DNA of 64,000 nucleotides, taken from the IMG/VR virus record IMGVR_UViG_3300032092_001856; one strand, 5' to 3'. The translations under genes and the position numbers were made by a program. Origin of the DNA: an uncultured virus (IMG/VR IMGVR_UViG_3300032092_001856) (Duplodnaviria; Heunggongvirae; Uroviricota; Caudoviricetes). Below are positions 1-9,618 of this stretch, in pieces (the first letter of the stretch is position 1; every line of letters begins with the position of its first letter). The notes below the pieces were generated by a model that saw only the letters and a program-made list of their open reading frames with translations, had not been told where the DNA came from and made no database searches.

Positions 1-53
1 TCTAGCTGTGCTATCCAATATTGTGTATCTTCTCTTGCCCAATACTTTGTCAT
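1..53 (-). CDS. hypothetical protein, N-terminal part only (runs off the window edge)
   Basis: ATG at 53 overlaps the iscA stop; reads MTKYWAREDTQYWIAQL to the edge. Confidence 0.55.
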   Translation of the reverse strand, partial: MTKYWAREDTQYWIAQL

Positions 54-376
54 ACTCTAAAACTTTCCCCACATCCACATTTATCACGTTCATTAGGATT
101 GCGAAATTCAAATCCCTCATTGAGCCCATTACGAGTCCAATCAACAATAAGTCCATTTAAATATGGGAGTGATTTGGCATCAACTAGTACTACAAAGTCT
201 AGTTGAGCATAGTTAGTAACTCCTTCTTCAGGAGTGTAACTATCAACGTATTCTAACGTATAAGCTAGACCACTACAGCCTGTGGTTTTAACTCCTAACC
301 GTATTCCTACACCACGTCCACGTTGAGTTAATAAACGTTTGATCTTTTTACTTGCTGTGTCGGTTACGGTAATCAT
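50..376 (-). CDS. iscA: Fe-S cluster assembly A-type carrier IscA
   Basis: GCSGLAY and C-terminal CGCGESF motifs; directly follows iscU. Confidence 0.95.
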   Translation of the reverse strand: MITVTDTASKKIKRLLTQRGRGVGIRLGVKTTGCSGLAYTLEYVDSYTPEEGVTNYAQLDFVVLVDAKSLPYLNGLIVDWTRNGLNEGFEFRNPNERDKCGCGESFRV

Positions 377-734
377 TTACGGCTGCTTTGATGGCATCTT
401 CAGCCAATATGCTACAATGTATTTTAACTGGGGGTAAGGCTAATTCTTCGGCGATTTCGGAGTTTTTAATTGATCCTGCTTCGTCGAGAGTTTTTCCTTT
501 GACCCATTCTGTAATGAGGCTCGAGCTTGCGATAGCCGATCCGCAGCCATACGTTTTAAAACGTGCATCTGTAATAATACCTGTATCATCATCTACCTTT
601 ATTTGTAGTTTCATCAGGTCTCCGCACGCCGGAGCTCCCACTAATCCTGTACCTACATTTTCTTCGTCTTTAGAAAAACTTCCCGCATTTCTAGGATTTT
701 CATAATGATCTAAAACTTTTGCGCTATAGGCCAT
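348..734 (-). CDS. iscU: Fe-S cluster scaffold IscU
   Basis: DHYENPRN, GAPACGD, GCGSAIAS and LPPVKIHC motifs; AGGAGG RBS. Confidence 0.97.
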   Translation of the reverse strand: MAYSAKVLDHYENPRNAGSFSKDEENVGTGLVGAPACGDLMKLQIKVDDDTGIITDARFKTYGCGSAIASSSLITEWVKGKTLDEAGSIKNSEIAEELALPPVKIHCSILAEDAIKAAVNDYRNRHSK

Positions 735-1323
735 AATGACCTCCTGTAATTAATTTTACCACTTCGACAGTTTGATAACTATCCCACTTTTTTCTATTCT
801 CTTCACCTTTAATAAATTGTATATTCTTTTTACTACCGAGTACAGAGGGATCTATACCTAACTCAAAACCTTGTCTGTGCGGAATAATATGATCAATTTG
901 CCAACTGTCTTTATACTTACCTGTTTTCGGAACCCATTCACCGGCTTCTTTCATTTCTTTAAGAGTCCTGTATGTGTGATACCGAACTTTACTACGATAT
1001 AGTTTGAGAGGTTCTGTAATTGGATTCTTTGGACGCAGATTGTTTAATTTACCATCCTTGTTAGGATTATTAGTAATAAAACGATGCCGGGCTATTTCAT
1101 TGGTGCCGCCTTTGTTCCATCCCCACCCCTTGCTAAGTCCAACGGTATTTTGTTTTGCTTTTTGTTCTTCTGTAAGTTTAATACCTTTATTCCAAGGATC
1201 ATACTCTCCCCTATTGAGAGGATTTTTACATTTTTGCGAACAATAATCTAAAAATCTAGGTCTAGTTATAAAACTAGATTCACAAAAAAGGCACACCTTA
1301 CTTAACCCATACTTGTTTTTCAT
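724..1323 (-). mobile_element. free-standing HNH-type homing endonuclease
   Basis: N-terminal CxxC...CSxxC, WNKG (NUMOD-like) motifs, IDHIIP...N...EN HNH-like core; sits between two copies of the iscU start. Confidence 0.75.
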
Positions 1324-1328
1324 ACAAG

Positions 1329-1335
1329 TATTTAT
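1329..1335 (-). promoter_or_regulatory. T4-like late promoter (ATAAATA) for the HNH gene
   Basis: TAAATA 5 nt upstream of the ATG at 1323; the motif recurs before many genes in the window. Confidence 0.6.
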
Positions 1336-1348
1336 CTAGGCGTGCCCG

Positions 1349-1375
1349 TTAGTGTGTTTTGTCTGAGTAGGCCAT
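1349..1375 (-). pseudogene. orphaned 5' stub of iscU (MAYSDKTH*)
   Basis: ATGGCCTACTCAGACAAA versus the functional start ATGGCCTATAGCGCAAAA (MAYSAK). Confidence 0.75.
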
Positions 1376-1449
1376 TATTTCTTTTTCTTAAGAACTCTGC
1401 GAGCAGTAGCTTTTACTGAACGCGGATGATGTGCTTTAAATTTTGCCAT
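1375..1449 (-). CDS. 24-aa highly basic peptide
   Basis: MAKFKAHHPRSVKATARRVLKKKK; AAGGA RBS; TAATG overlap with the iscU stub. Confidence 0.6.
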   Translation of the reverse strand: MAKFKAHHPRSVKATARRVLKKKK

Positions 1450-1459
1450 GTTATGTTCC

Positions 1460-1765
1460 TTATTGTGTGCAAGTTCTTTCTCGATAGATCTGTCCATCGG
1501 ATTTTTGAATTTCCGTCCACTCAGTGCAAACTGTTTGACGTTGAATGATCACTGACTGAGGTTGCTGTACAATCACAGGGGGTTGAGGTTGCTGATTCTC
1601 TTTGGCAATAGCAGCGCCGACTACACCGCCAATAACCAACGGTGCTATCCAGTAACCAAAACCTGGTCCTGCATGACGGTAGCCATGATGTCTCCAGTGA
1701 TGATTATGTTGAGCAAATGCTGTAGCACTAACAGTTAGTAAAAGAACAGTTAAAAGTTTTTTCAT
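1460..1765 (-). CDS. secreted or membrane protein with glycine-zipper-like segment
   Basis: signal peptide ending AFA; hydrophobic IGGVVGAAI segment. Confidence 0.7.
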   Translation of the reverse strand: MKKLLTVLLLTVSATAFAQHNHHWRHHGYRHAGPGFGYWIAPLVIGGVVGAAIAKENQQPQPPVIVQQPQSVIIQRQTVCTEWTEIQKSDGQIYRERTCTQ

Positions 1766-1817
1766 ATTATACCCCTTGTAAGTATATAACGTATTTACCT
1801 GGGGTTTTGTTGACAGG

Positions 1818-2018
1818 TTACTTACCTGCAGATTCTTTTCGAGCGTTCTTAACGGCTGTTACATCGTTACGAACTTCTTTACATAGTTTGGCAAGTTCTT
1901 GTAAGTGTTTACGTACACGAGTACCTGCGGCACCTACTTCTTTGTCGTAGAATTTTTCGAAGTCTCCTTCCATTGATTCTACTAATTTTGCGAAATCTTG
2001 AAATCTATTTGCTGACAT
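1818..2018 (-). CDS. Hc1 / histone H1-like small helical protein
   Basis: DFEKFYDK..AAGTRVRKHLQELAKLCKEVR motif; start at MSANR with AGGAG RBS. Confidence 0.75.
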   Translation of the reverse strand: MSANRFQDFAKLVESMEGDFEKFYDKEVGAAGTRVRKHLQELAKLCKEVRNDVTAVKNARKESAGK

Positions 2019-2043
2019 ATTTGTCTCCTTTGTTATATAGTTA

Positions 2044-2235
2044 TTACCAGTGGCGAATTGTGTTTGCAATAATGAAACAACAAGTTACCACGTGTATGAT
2101 TACCCAGAATGTCTTTAAGAACAATGCTATACGTGCTTCTCTTAAAGTAAGTATAGGTGTGTCCGGACGATCTTCATCAGTTTGCCCCATTAAATGACCA
2201 GTTGCTCTCGCCCAAATTTTCTCTAAACTGTTCAT
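2044..2235 (-). CDS. small membrane protein
   Basis: ORF coupled to the upstream gene; hydrophobic C-terminus. Confidence 0.65.
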   Translation of the reverse strand: MNSLEKIWARATGHLMGQTDEDRPDTPILTLREARIALFLKTFWVIIHVVTCCFIIANTIRHW

Positions 2236-2726
2236 ACTGGACTAACTTGTTCTTCTAACCAAACTTTGCAGTCTGGCCAATTACGATAAATGTGTGCCTT
2301 GCCGCCAGCACTTATCCATTCTTCACAGTTGCTAGTGCGGTCGTCAATTAGAATATCCTCTGGACTAGAGCAATGACGGTATTTGTCGTAACTAAATGGT
2401 CCAAAAAATACAGGGATATTAGGAAAGTGTTCATTAGCCCACCATACTTTATCTTGTGCCGCCCAGGGCATACTATAATCATGCGGTAGTGCTGTTAAAA
2501 AATATACACCACATCCTGTTTTAGCGTGATGTGTCCTGCACCAGTTTACCAAATCATGTGCGCCTTCTTTCAAAGGTAATGTTCGATAAAATCGTTTATT
2601 GTCTTTAAGTCTAACCCAATCTTGATCTGGAATACGTTGTCCATATTCCCAATTGCGTTTAACAATACTGCGGGCATGTTGCATCCAATCGGCTACAACA
2701 TCATCCATATCTAAAAATATATTCAT
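2232..2726 (-). CDS. HAD-family 5'(3')-deoxyribonucleotidase
   Basis: LDMDDV motif I and ILIDD motif IV. Confidence 0.85.
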   Translation of the reverse strand: MNIFLDMDDVVADWMQHARSIVKRNWEYGQRIPDQDWVRLKDNKRFYRTLPLKEGAHDLVNWCRTHHAKTGCGVYFLTALPHDYSMPWAAQDKVWWANEHFPNIPVFFGPFSYDKYRHCSSPEDILIDDRTSNCEEWISAGGKAHIYRNWPDCKVWLEEQVSPV

Positions 2727-2732
2727 GTGTGT

Positions 2733-2761
2733 ATTTTACAATTTTTTTATTGGCAGGTCAA
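2733..2761 (-). promoter_or_regulatory. sigma70-type promoter
   Basis: TTGACC-N17-TAAAAT, ending 6 nt before the ATG at 2726. Confidence 0.7.
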
Positions 2762-2762
2762 G

Positions 2763-3026
2763 TCAATTGACAAATACATTTCCGCTGCCAGACGCTGGGT
2801 GGCCACAAGTTGCAGTATCACCTGCACGACAGGTAGCGATATTGTTTGTAAAAACATTTCCCGAACCTACTGCCATTACCGGAGAAGAGTGAGGGGCCTT
2901 GCCGTGACCGGCGACGGCATCTCCCTTTCGAGCTACTGGCTTATTATTAGCAAACACATTGCCTGATCCCTGTATAATCCCGCCACCTGCAACGTCTGTT
3001 CCTGCATCTCGTGATATACCTGGCAT
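2763..3026 (-). CDS. PAAR-family spike tip protein (T4 gp5.4-like)
   Basis: repeated GSGNVFxN, PVARKGD and CGH motifs. Confidence 0.9.
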   Translation of the reverse strand: MPGISRDAGTDVAGGGIIQGSGNVFANNKPVARKGDAVAGHGKAPHSSPVMAVGSGNVFTNNIATCRAGDTATCGHPASGSGNVFVN

Positions 3027-3027
3027 T

Positions 3028-3426
3028 TTAGAATTCTCTCGGAACGTTGGATCTAATTAGTTGAGCAAGTCTAGTAGCTTCTGTTATTGCAGCCGTTATC
3101 TGGCTTTCAGATGCAGCCTCTGCTGAGTCTAAAATCTTTGCTTGTTCAATCAATAATCGATATAGTGTAATCATACCAAACACATCATATGCACCAATGA
3201 TATGAATTCCAGGGCCTTCACCAAGTTGACGTAGTTTATTTTGATGAGATTCAATACTAGTTATTGCGCCGGCAATCGTTGTAGTTTGCGAAGCTACTAT
3301 TGTAGTTTGGGCAGCAATAGTTTCTAATGCTGTTGCAATTCTTCCTAACTCTGGTGTATAATCTTTACCGGTAAGGGTGCCGCCGCCTGCTCCGTCTAAT
3401 GTTCCAATAGTGTAATTTGATGACAT
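3028..3426 (-). CDS. hypothetical protein, probably virion-associated
   Basis: ORF with upstream TAAATA; adjacent to PAAR. Confidence 0.6.
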   Translation of the reverse strand: MSSNYTIGTLDGAGGGTLTGKDYTPELGRIATALETIAAQTTIVASQTTTIAGAITSIESHQNKLRQLGEGPGIHIIGAYDVFGMITLYRLLIEQAKILDSAEAASESQITAAITEATRLAQLIRSNVPREF

Positions 3427-3447
3427 TTCTAACCCCTAAACTAGTAT

Positions 3448-3738
3448 TTAAGCTAGAGCAATGCCGGTAGTTGACTCAAGGAACTGTTTGGCAAATGCTT
3501 CATCTGTAGCTTCTGCTACTGTTACTGTTGTTTTTAACAAACGAACATCTGTGTTAGGACTAACTGTAAACAAGTATGGCATTAGTCCTGGACCTTTTTG
3601 TCCCATCCCGATGACCATTGGCTTACTGAGTTTATAGTAAGAATCTGTCTCTTCTGCTAGTTTTGCTACAATCTCTTCACCACTTGTAAGTTTAAGAGTA
3701 ATTACTTCGCCTGCTGATACGCCTTTTGAAATGAACAT
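3448..3738 (-). CDS. small phage protein, possible Sm-like fold
   Basis: TLKLTSGEEIVAK N-terminal motif common in T4-like phages. Confidence 0.55.
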   Translation of the reverse strand: MFISKGVSAGEVITLKLTSGEEIVAKLAEETDSYYKLSKPMVIGMGQKGPGLMPYLFTVSPNTDVRLLKTTVTVAEATDEAFAKQFLESTTGIALA

Positions 3739-3739
3739 G

Positions 3740-3967
3740 TTATACCTTTTCTAAATGTTGTTTAAGTTCTGTAAATCCACCAATCAGTTGTTCGCCGATA
3801 AAAATCTGCGGAACTGTTCGTGCTGTTGGAACAGCTTCCAATAGTTCTTCTTTAGTGTAGCCGTCTCCGATTTTCTTCTCTTCAAACGGAATACCACGTT
3901 GTGTTAATAATGCCTTTGCTTGATCGCAATAGGGGCAGTGGTACTTAGACCATACTGTTGCTTTCAT
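3740..3967 (-). CDS. glutaredoxin
   Basis: CPYC, TVPQIF and IGGF motifs; start at MKATV; follows nrdB. Confidence 0.93.
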   Translation of the reverse strand: MKATVWSKYHCPYCDQAKALLTQRGIPFEEKKIGDGYTKEELLEAVPTARTVPQIFIGEQLIGGFTELKQHLEKV

Positions 3968-3977
3968 TTTTCTTTCC

Positions 3978-5078
3978 TTATAATGCTGGTAGTGCGTCGT
4001 AGTCGATACCTTCACCCATAACTCCAATTACATAGTTAGTACTTTCTGATTCTTGTAATGCAGTTTGTTTTTTACTTGTATCACTGTGTTTATTAAACCA
4101 TGGGATAGGAGTCGATCTTGGTGCAGGATTGTTATATTTGATACCAATTTGTTTAAGTGCATCAACTGCGGTATAGTCTACAAAGTCACGTAGAATATTA
4201 GCGTTCAATCCGATAACTGGCCCTAACTTAAACAAATAGGTCGCCCACTCTTTTTCTTCACGTATAACGTCCATGTAAAGTTGATAGACTTCAGCTTGAC
4301 ATTCATCTCTAGCTTCTGCAAAGCGTGGATCTTCTTTAACCACTTGATTGATCAGATAAGCAGTCCAACCTTTGTGCAGTAGTTCGTCTTGCAAGATTAG
4401 GCTGATAATGTTGCCATTGCCAATAAAGATTTTGTTTTCAACCATAGCCAAACTTGTAGCAAAGCTAACCATGAAGCGGAACGCTTCTAGCGCATAGCTA
4501 GCATGTAGTGCCATATAGATTGCTTTGATATGTTCTTTCTCATTAACTGATCCATCCATTTCTTTCATGCAGTTAATTCTATGCAAACGATCATAGTAAT
4601 CACCTACACTTGATGCCATCTCAACAATCTCTTTAGTGTCATGGATAGTATTGAATACATCCTTAGGCACATTGTAAATGTTACGAATGATATGACTGTA
4701 ACTACGACTGTGAATGTTAGTTTCAAAGAATGTCCAGTTGTAGATCAATGCTTCTAGTTCCGGTAATGAACATACAGGAGTAAACACTTGGCTTGGAGCT
4801 CGACCTTGTAAACTATCTAGTGCAGTTTGGCGCAGTAAATTGCTGGTAAAGATATGTTTCACCGCATCACTTGCATCTTTAAAGTCGTTGGCATCTTTGC
4901 TTAGACTAATTTCCTCAGGCACCCAAAAGAATCCTCGTGCAGTTGTTTCAAAGTCTGCAATCTTCTTATACTTGACTTCTTCAAAACGTTGTATAGTTAC
5001 AGGTCCGGATGGATCTAAAAACATCTTACGATTAAGATAGTCTGTCTTTGTGGTTAGGTTGTATTGTTGTTTGCTCAT
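3978..5078 (-). CDS. nrdB: class Ia ribonucleotide reductase beta subunit
   Basis: FFWVPEE, D/ExxxH/E/DExxH iron ligands, HSRSY radical Tyr; start at MSKQQ. Confidence 0.96.
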   Translation of the reverse strand: MSKQQYNLTTKTDYLNRKMFLDPSGPVTIQRFEEVKYKKIADFETTARGFFWVPEEISLSKDANDFKDASDAVKHIFTSNLLRQTALDSLQGRAPSQVFTPVCSLPELEALIYNWTFFETNIHSRSYSHIIRNIYNVPKDVFNTIHDTKEIVEMASSVGDYYDRLHRINCMKEMDGSVNEKEHIKAIYMALHASYALEAFRFMVSFATSLAMVENKIFIGNGNIISLILQDELLHKGWTAYLINQVVKEDPRFAEARDECQAEVYQLYMDVIREEKEWATYLFKLGPVIGLNANILRDFVDYTAVDALKQIGIKYNNPAPRSTPIPWFNKHSDTSKKQTALQESESTNYVIGVMGEGIDYDALPAL

Positions 5079-7411
5079 AGTTTGCATGCCTCGCAGTCTT
5101 CGTCTTCGATTAATTCTCTTTCGTTATGAAATCCATTGTAGTGTACTTCAGGTGTTAATTCTGCTTGTTGTTTGCTGCCAGCTTTGTTAATCAAACTGTA
5201 GTAGAATGTCTTCAGACCCCACATGTGGGCTTGCATCAAGTTCTTGGCAATCAATGTAGTTGGCACTTTACGATCTGCAAAGTGTGCCGGATTGTAAAAT
5301 GTATTTGTTGAAATACTTTGATCAACATAGGCTGCTAATACTGCCGCAGTTTTAATGTAACCGCTGCAATCTTTCTGTTCCCACATGAGTTGATACTTGT
5401 TCTTCAACTTATGATACTCAGGAACAACCTGTGTAAATGATCCAGCTTTGCTTTCTTTAGTACTAATCAAACTCATAGGTAGCTCAATTCCATTAGTGCT
5501 GTTTATAACAACACTACTGCTTTCGACTGGTGCAATAGCCATTAATGTAGCATTGCGAACACCGTACTGTTTCATGTTAGTACGAAGTGTTTCCCAATCA
5601 AGCTCTGGGGCAAAGTCTGCTAATTCGTTAACACCCTCTGCTCGTAATTCCCAAGGGAATATGCCTTGACCGTATCTTGTTTTTTCACTGTGTGTACACG
5701 AACCTCTTTCTTTAGCAAGTTCAACGCTAGCCTCTGTTAAGTAGTAGGCTTGATGTTCCATCCACGTCTTAACTTCAGCCAAGGAGTCTCGTTCTCCGTA
5801 TTTGAAACTGCGTTTGGCGTGCCAGTAGGCAAGGTTGGTGACTCCGATTCCCAAAGGTTGGATTTCGTCGTTGGATAGTTTAGACTGGATGGAAAGAAAG
5901 TCTTGATAGTCAAGAATGTTACACAGGCTACGCTGAAGTATACGACAAGCACGGCGCATGTCTTCTGGGTTACGGAACGCACCCCAATTGATTGAGCCCA
6001 ATGTGCATAGTGCGATACGACCATCGCTGTCATCCAAACGTTTAAAGGATTTAGTAGGTAAAAGTATTTCACAGCAAAGATTACTCTGGTAAATGGTATG
6101 ATACTCGGGATCAAAAGGTCCTTGTTTCATCACGTTGTCAATGAACACTAAGTAGATACGTCCTGTATCAGTGCGTTCTTTAAGAATGCCACTCTTGAAC
6201 ACTTCTTCAGCCGACATAGTTTTTGTACGCAGACCCGGAGTGTTCTCATACTTAACATATAGCTCTTCAAAACGTTTTGTATTTTGATAGAACGCTTCAT
6301 ACAAGTCCGGCACTTCGTTAGGATCAAAGAAAGTTATGTCTTCTTTGTTTTTAAATCGTCTCCAGAAGAAGGCACTAAGCACAACCCCATAATCCATATG
6401 ACGGACTCGGGTTTCGTCGGTTCCTTGGTTGTTCTTAAGTACAATAAGATCATCAAACTGATGATGCCAAATAGGATAAAAAACAGTAGCACTTGCATTA
6501 CGAATGCCTCCTTGACTGCAACTTCTTAAGTCGCCAAACCATTTCTTTAAGAATGGTATCATACCTGTGTGCATAATCTCACCACCTCTGATGGGACTAC
6601 CTAATGGACGTAATCGTCCAATCTCTAAACCAATGCCAGCACGTTTGCTGGCATACTTGGCCATCATTTCACCTGAAGCGAAAATACTATCCAAGTCATC
6701 ATCACTGCGAATAAGTACGCACGAACTGAATTGTTTAGTAGGGGTACCGAGACCAGCAAGGACAGGGGTAGCAAGAGTAAATAGACCATCAGATGCTGCA
6801 TTATAATACTCCTTTATATAACGCATACGTGCGCTATTTGGTTCTTCTTTATGGAAGACTGTTGCGGCAGCAATCATATATCTAATCTGCGGTGTCTCAT
6901 AAGTTTGTTTAGTACTGCGATTTTTAACTAGATACTTTTCAATTAACTGTTCAATGGCTGCATAGCTATACTGCTCGTCTTTGTCATGCTCGAGCATGTC
7001 ATTCATCTTGTTCCAGTCTTCTTCCGTGTACCATTCTAATAACTCTGCTGTATATAAACCAGTAGCCACATTAGTTTTTACAACATCGTAGAGATTTGGT
7101 ACGTCATAACTGCCGTAGACATCTTTACGTAACATACTGAGTCGTTGTTTGCCAGCTACATATTGATAATTTGTGTGTCCAATATCTGGATTAGATTCAA
7201 CGTCAATTAAATTAACAATAGCACGTAAAGTAATTTCGTCAATTTCTTTAGTTGTGATGCCATCGTAGAAATGAGGTTGTGCTTTAATCTCTATCATTGA
7301 TTGACTAACATCAGCAATGCCGCTACACACCTTTGCAACTTGTGACTGCCACTTTTCAATTGTTAGTTGTTCTTTTTTACCGTTTCTTTTTATTACTGTG
7401 ATCTGTGACAT
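5075..7411 (-). CDS. nrdA: class Ia ribonucleotide reductase alpha subunit with ATP cone
   Basis: VIKRNG ATP cone, QFSSC, SNLCCEI, LKTFYY and C-terminal CEAC. Confidence 0.97.
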   Translation of the reverse strand: MSQITVIKRNGKKEQLTIEKWQSQVAKVCSGIADVSQSMIEIKAQPHFYDGITTKEIDEITLRAIVNLIDVESNPDIGHTNYQYVAGKQRLSMLRKDVYGSYDVPNLYDVVKTNVATGLYTAELLEWYTEEDWNKMNDMLEHDKDEQYSYAAIEQLIEKYLVKNRSTKQTYETPQIRYMIAAATVFHKEEPNSARMRYIKEYYNAASDGLFTLATPVLAGLGTPTKQFSSCVLIRSDDDLDSIFASGEMMAKYASKRAGIGLEIGRLRPLGSPIRGGEIMHTGMIPFLKKWFGDLRSCSQGGIRNASATVFYPIWHHQFDDLIVLKNNQGTDETRVRHMDYGVVLSAFFWRRFKNKEDITFFDPNEVPDLYEAFYQNTKRFEELYVKYENTPGLRTKTMSAEEVFKSGILKERTDTGRIYLVFIDNVMKQGPFDPEYHTIYQSNLCCEILLPTKSFKRLDDSDGRIALCTLGSINWGAFRNPEDMRRACRILQRSLCNILDYQDFLSIQSKLSNDEIQPLGIGVTNLAYWHAKRSFKYGERDSLAEVKTWMEHQAYYLTEASVELAKERGSCTHSEKTRYGQGIFPWELRAEGVNELADFAPELDWETLRTNMKQYGVRNATLMAIAPVESSSVVINSTNGIELPMSLISTKESKAGSFTQVVPEYHKLKNKYQLMWEQKDCSGYIKTAAVLAAYVDQSISTNTFYNPAHFADRKVPTTLIAKNLMQAHMWGLKTFYYSLINKAGSKQQAELTPEVHYNGFHNERELIEDEDCEACKL

Positions 7412-7454
7412 ATTTCTTATTCTTTACAAGTTGATTAGCATATTGGAAACGTAT

Positions 7455-7886
7455 TTAGTGCAAAGGTTTCATTGCATATATCTTTTGTATTTTTAACGTT
7501 TTGGGTAACTCTTCTACGCTGGCCCATTCTTCTTCAATATACCCATATACTTTATCATCTACGAATAACAAATAATACACTGTTTTATTGACTGTGTCAA
7601 GAGCAACATTTATCTTCGGCTGACAAAATTTAAAACGCTCAGTTAATTGGAGAGTATAACATATACCAAGAATGATATTGAACTCACAGTATTCATTTTC
7701 ATCTATGAGTTCCCAAGGAGTAGGCCAAGTGATTGAGCTATAGGGGTCTGTATAAAATTTGACTCTGGGTAGTTTTAGAAAGTATGAAGACACATCTCGC
7801 AATGGATCATTAGACTTTTCTAAATGTTCTCTCAGTTTAATCCAAGAGGCGAATCGAACGTGTTGTTGTCTGTCAGCTATTAGCAT
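7455..7886 (-). CDS. hypothetical phage protein
   Basis: 143-aa ORF coupled to the upstream gene. Confidence 0.7.
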   Translation of the reverse strand: MLIADRQQHVRFASWIKLREHLEKSNDPLRDVSSYFLKLPRVKFYTDPYSSITWPTPWELIDENEYCEFNIILGICYTLQLTERFKFCQPKINVALDTVNKTVYYLLFVDDKVYGYIEEEWASVEELPKTLKIQKIYAMKPLH

Positions 7887-9535
7887 TAGCTAATTGTTGA
7901 ATATGCGTAAGTCAATAGCGTAGTACCGACTGTATTGCCATTAATATATTGAACTTCAACACAACCATTTAATATAACTGCAGAAAATATTACTCTAGTG
8001 TCGTGGCCGGCAAAGCCAACATACTCGTAGTCGTCTACAAGTTGAAGTGTTAGGTTAGTACCATCAACGGCAACATTTAGCGTACCTTTTCTCATCTGAG
8101 TATATGCAGATGATTTTAAAGTATATTCTATTTTAAATCCGGTATCACCTGAGAACGGAATTCTAAATGCAGTATATGCGGGGGAGTTTTGAGGAGTATT
8201 TAATGCTACAGTATTAACTTCACTGTTAACAACAAATGCCTTACCTTCGACTTCGTTTAGGTATGTAGCACCCCAGTTAGTATTACCTTCTTCTGTTGCT
8301 AGCTCAAGTTGTCTATCAAAGTTATCTTGTAGAGATGTATTACCTTTTACAGTAAATTTAATTTGACTGTAGTCATTATTGCCATTTCCGCTGCCGTCAT
8401 TACCAACATTGACAAAAGTATTGCCACGAGATTTGTTACCATAGCCGTTATCAATTATAATACCGTGACGCTCAATGTTATAGAAATAACAGTTTTCAAT
8501 TATGTTCTTTCTTGGACCAAACTGTTCGCCAAAGACTGTTGGCGGTGGTATTAATGAAGTTCCAACTCCAAACTCGAAACCATATCTACTGTTTAAGAAT
8601 TCACAATCGACCCATGTGTTATTAAAAATATCGTGTTTAGAAAATACAGCATCTTTAAATCCATCGCAGGTTACTCGAATAAATTTATTACGCTGACAGG
8701 TTACAATTGAGCTAAGTGCATACATACCGATACCATACCCACCACTAAGGAATGTTGAGTCGCCTGCCGAGTCACCGTAACTACCTGTTAGTTCAATATC
8801 TTCAAACACACTGTCTCTTACACAATCTAATTGTATAGCCTGCACATCAGGTTCATTAGTGTTAAGCGTAAATCCTTTTAGCACACAGAACTTTGGTTGT
8901 ATGTTGTATTCCGTAGTTTCGCCAGAATCGCCAGTGCTCGATAATACTTTGTTTGTTGGGGTTGATGTATCATCAACAAATGCAAATGCTGTGCCCACAG
9001 GACCAGTAAAATTAAAAATAGTTTTTTGTTTGCCTGCACCTAGAATAGTTGCATAACTTGGAATATAGATAGTGGTTGAAAATTCATATACACCAGGAGC
9101 AAATTCTAAAGTAACTCTGTCACCTGCACCGTTAACTGTATTAGTAATAAACAAATTGTCAATAGCACGTTGTATTGCCGTTGCTTGATCGCCAGCATTA
9201 GGAAGAATACCATATGAAGCACTGGTTACACGCTCGTCTAATCTTTCTTGTAGTGTTCGGGTAATAGGATAGTTTGGATCCTGGCCTGTTTGAATAAGCG
9301 CAGAGTCAGACTTATAAACATACTGTCCAACAAGATCTAATAGATTATCTGCGTCAGTAAGAATCTTAGTATTACCAACTGCAGGTGACCCTTCGCTGAT
9401 AGCGCCATTACCGATATATAATTCTTGAGTATCGATTGCCCAGGCCATTTCTCCGCTGGCTAACTGTGGAATACCAGTACCGGCGTTTTTTTGTCCTCTT
9501 CGAATTTGAATGCGTGAAATTTGCACAACAGCCAT
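7886..9535 (-). CDS. virion protein with Mtd-N-like N-terminus and beta-helix (pectate-lyase-like) region
   Basis: IQIRRG...LASGEMAWAIDTQELYIGNG; AIQRAID...PGVY; Asn/Cys-rich beta-helix-like repeats. Confidence 0.7.
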   Translation of the reverse strand: MAVVQISRIQIRRGQKNAGTGIPQLASGEMAWAIDTQELYIGNGAISEGSPAVGNTKILTDADNLLDLVGQYVYKSDSALIQTGQDPNYPITRTLQERLDERVTSASYGILPNAGDQATAIQRAIDNLFITNTVNGAGDRVTLEFAPGVYEFSTTIYIPSYATILGAGKQKTIFNFTGPVGTAFAFVDDTSTPTNKVLSSTGDSGETTEYNIQPKFCVLKGFTLNTNEPDVQAIQLDCVRDSVFEDIELTGSYGDSAGDSTFLSGGYGIGMYALSSIVTCQRNKFIRVTCDGFKDAVFSKHDIFNNTWVDCEFLNSRYGFEFGVGTSLIPPPTVFGEQFGPRKNIIENCYFYNIERHGIIIDNGYGNKSRGNTFVNVGNDGSGNGNNDYSQIKFTVKGNTSLQDNFDRQLELATEEGNTNWGATYLNEVEGKAFVVNSEVNTVALNTPQNSPAYTAFRIPFSGDTGFKIEYTLKSSAYTQMRKGTLNVAVDGTNLTLQLVDDYEYVGFAGHDTRVIFSAVILNGCVEVQYINGNTVGTTLLTYAYSTIS

Positions 9536-9575
9536 AAATGTCCCCGTTTTAGATATTTATCCGTAGTTCAAATGC

Positions 9576-9601
9576 AAAAGCCCTAGCGGAACTAGGGCTT
9601 T
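9576..9601 (-). terminator. intrinsic terminator
   Basis: AAAGCCCTAG-TTCCG-CTAGGGCTTTT downstream of 9619..10026. Confidence 0.75.
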
Positions 9602-9618
9602 GTGTAAGTTAGCTATTA

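Noticed and set aside
724..1375. Group I intron in iscU carrying the HNH
   Set aside because: Only about 25 nt of non-coding flank, too little for a ribozyme core, and iscU has its own RBS and start downstream
2763..3026. PAAR as a type VI secretion component
   Set aside because: T4-like phages encode PAAR spike tips; no T6SS genes present
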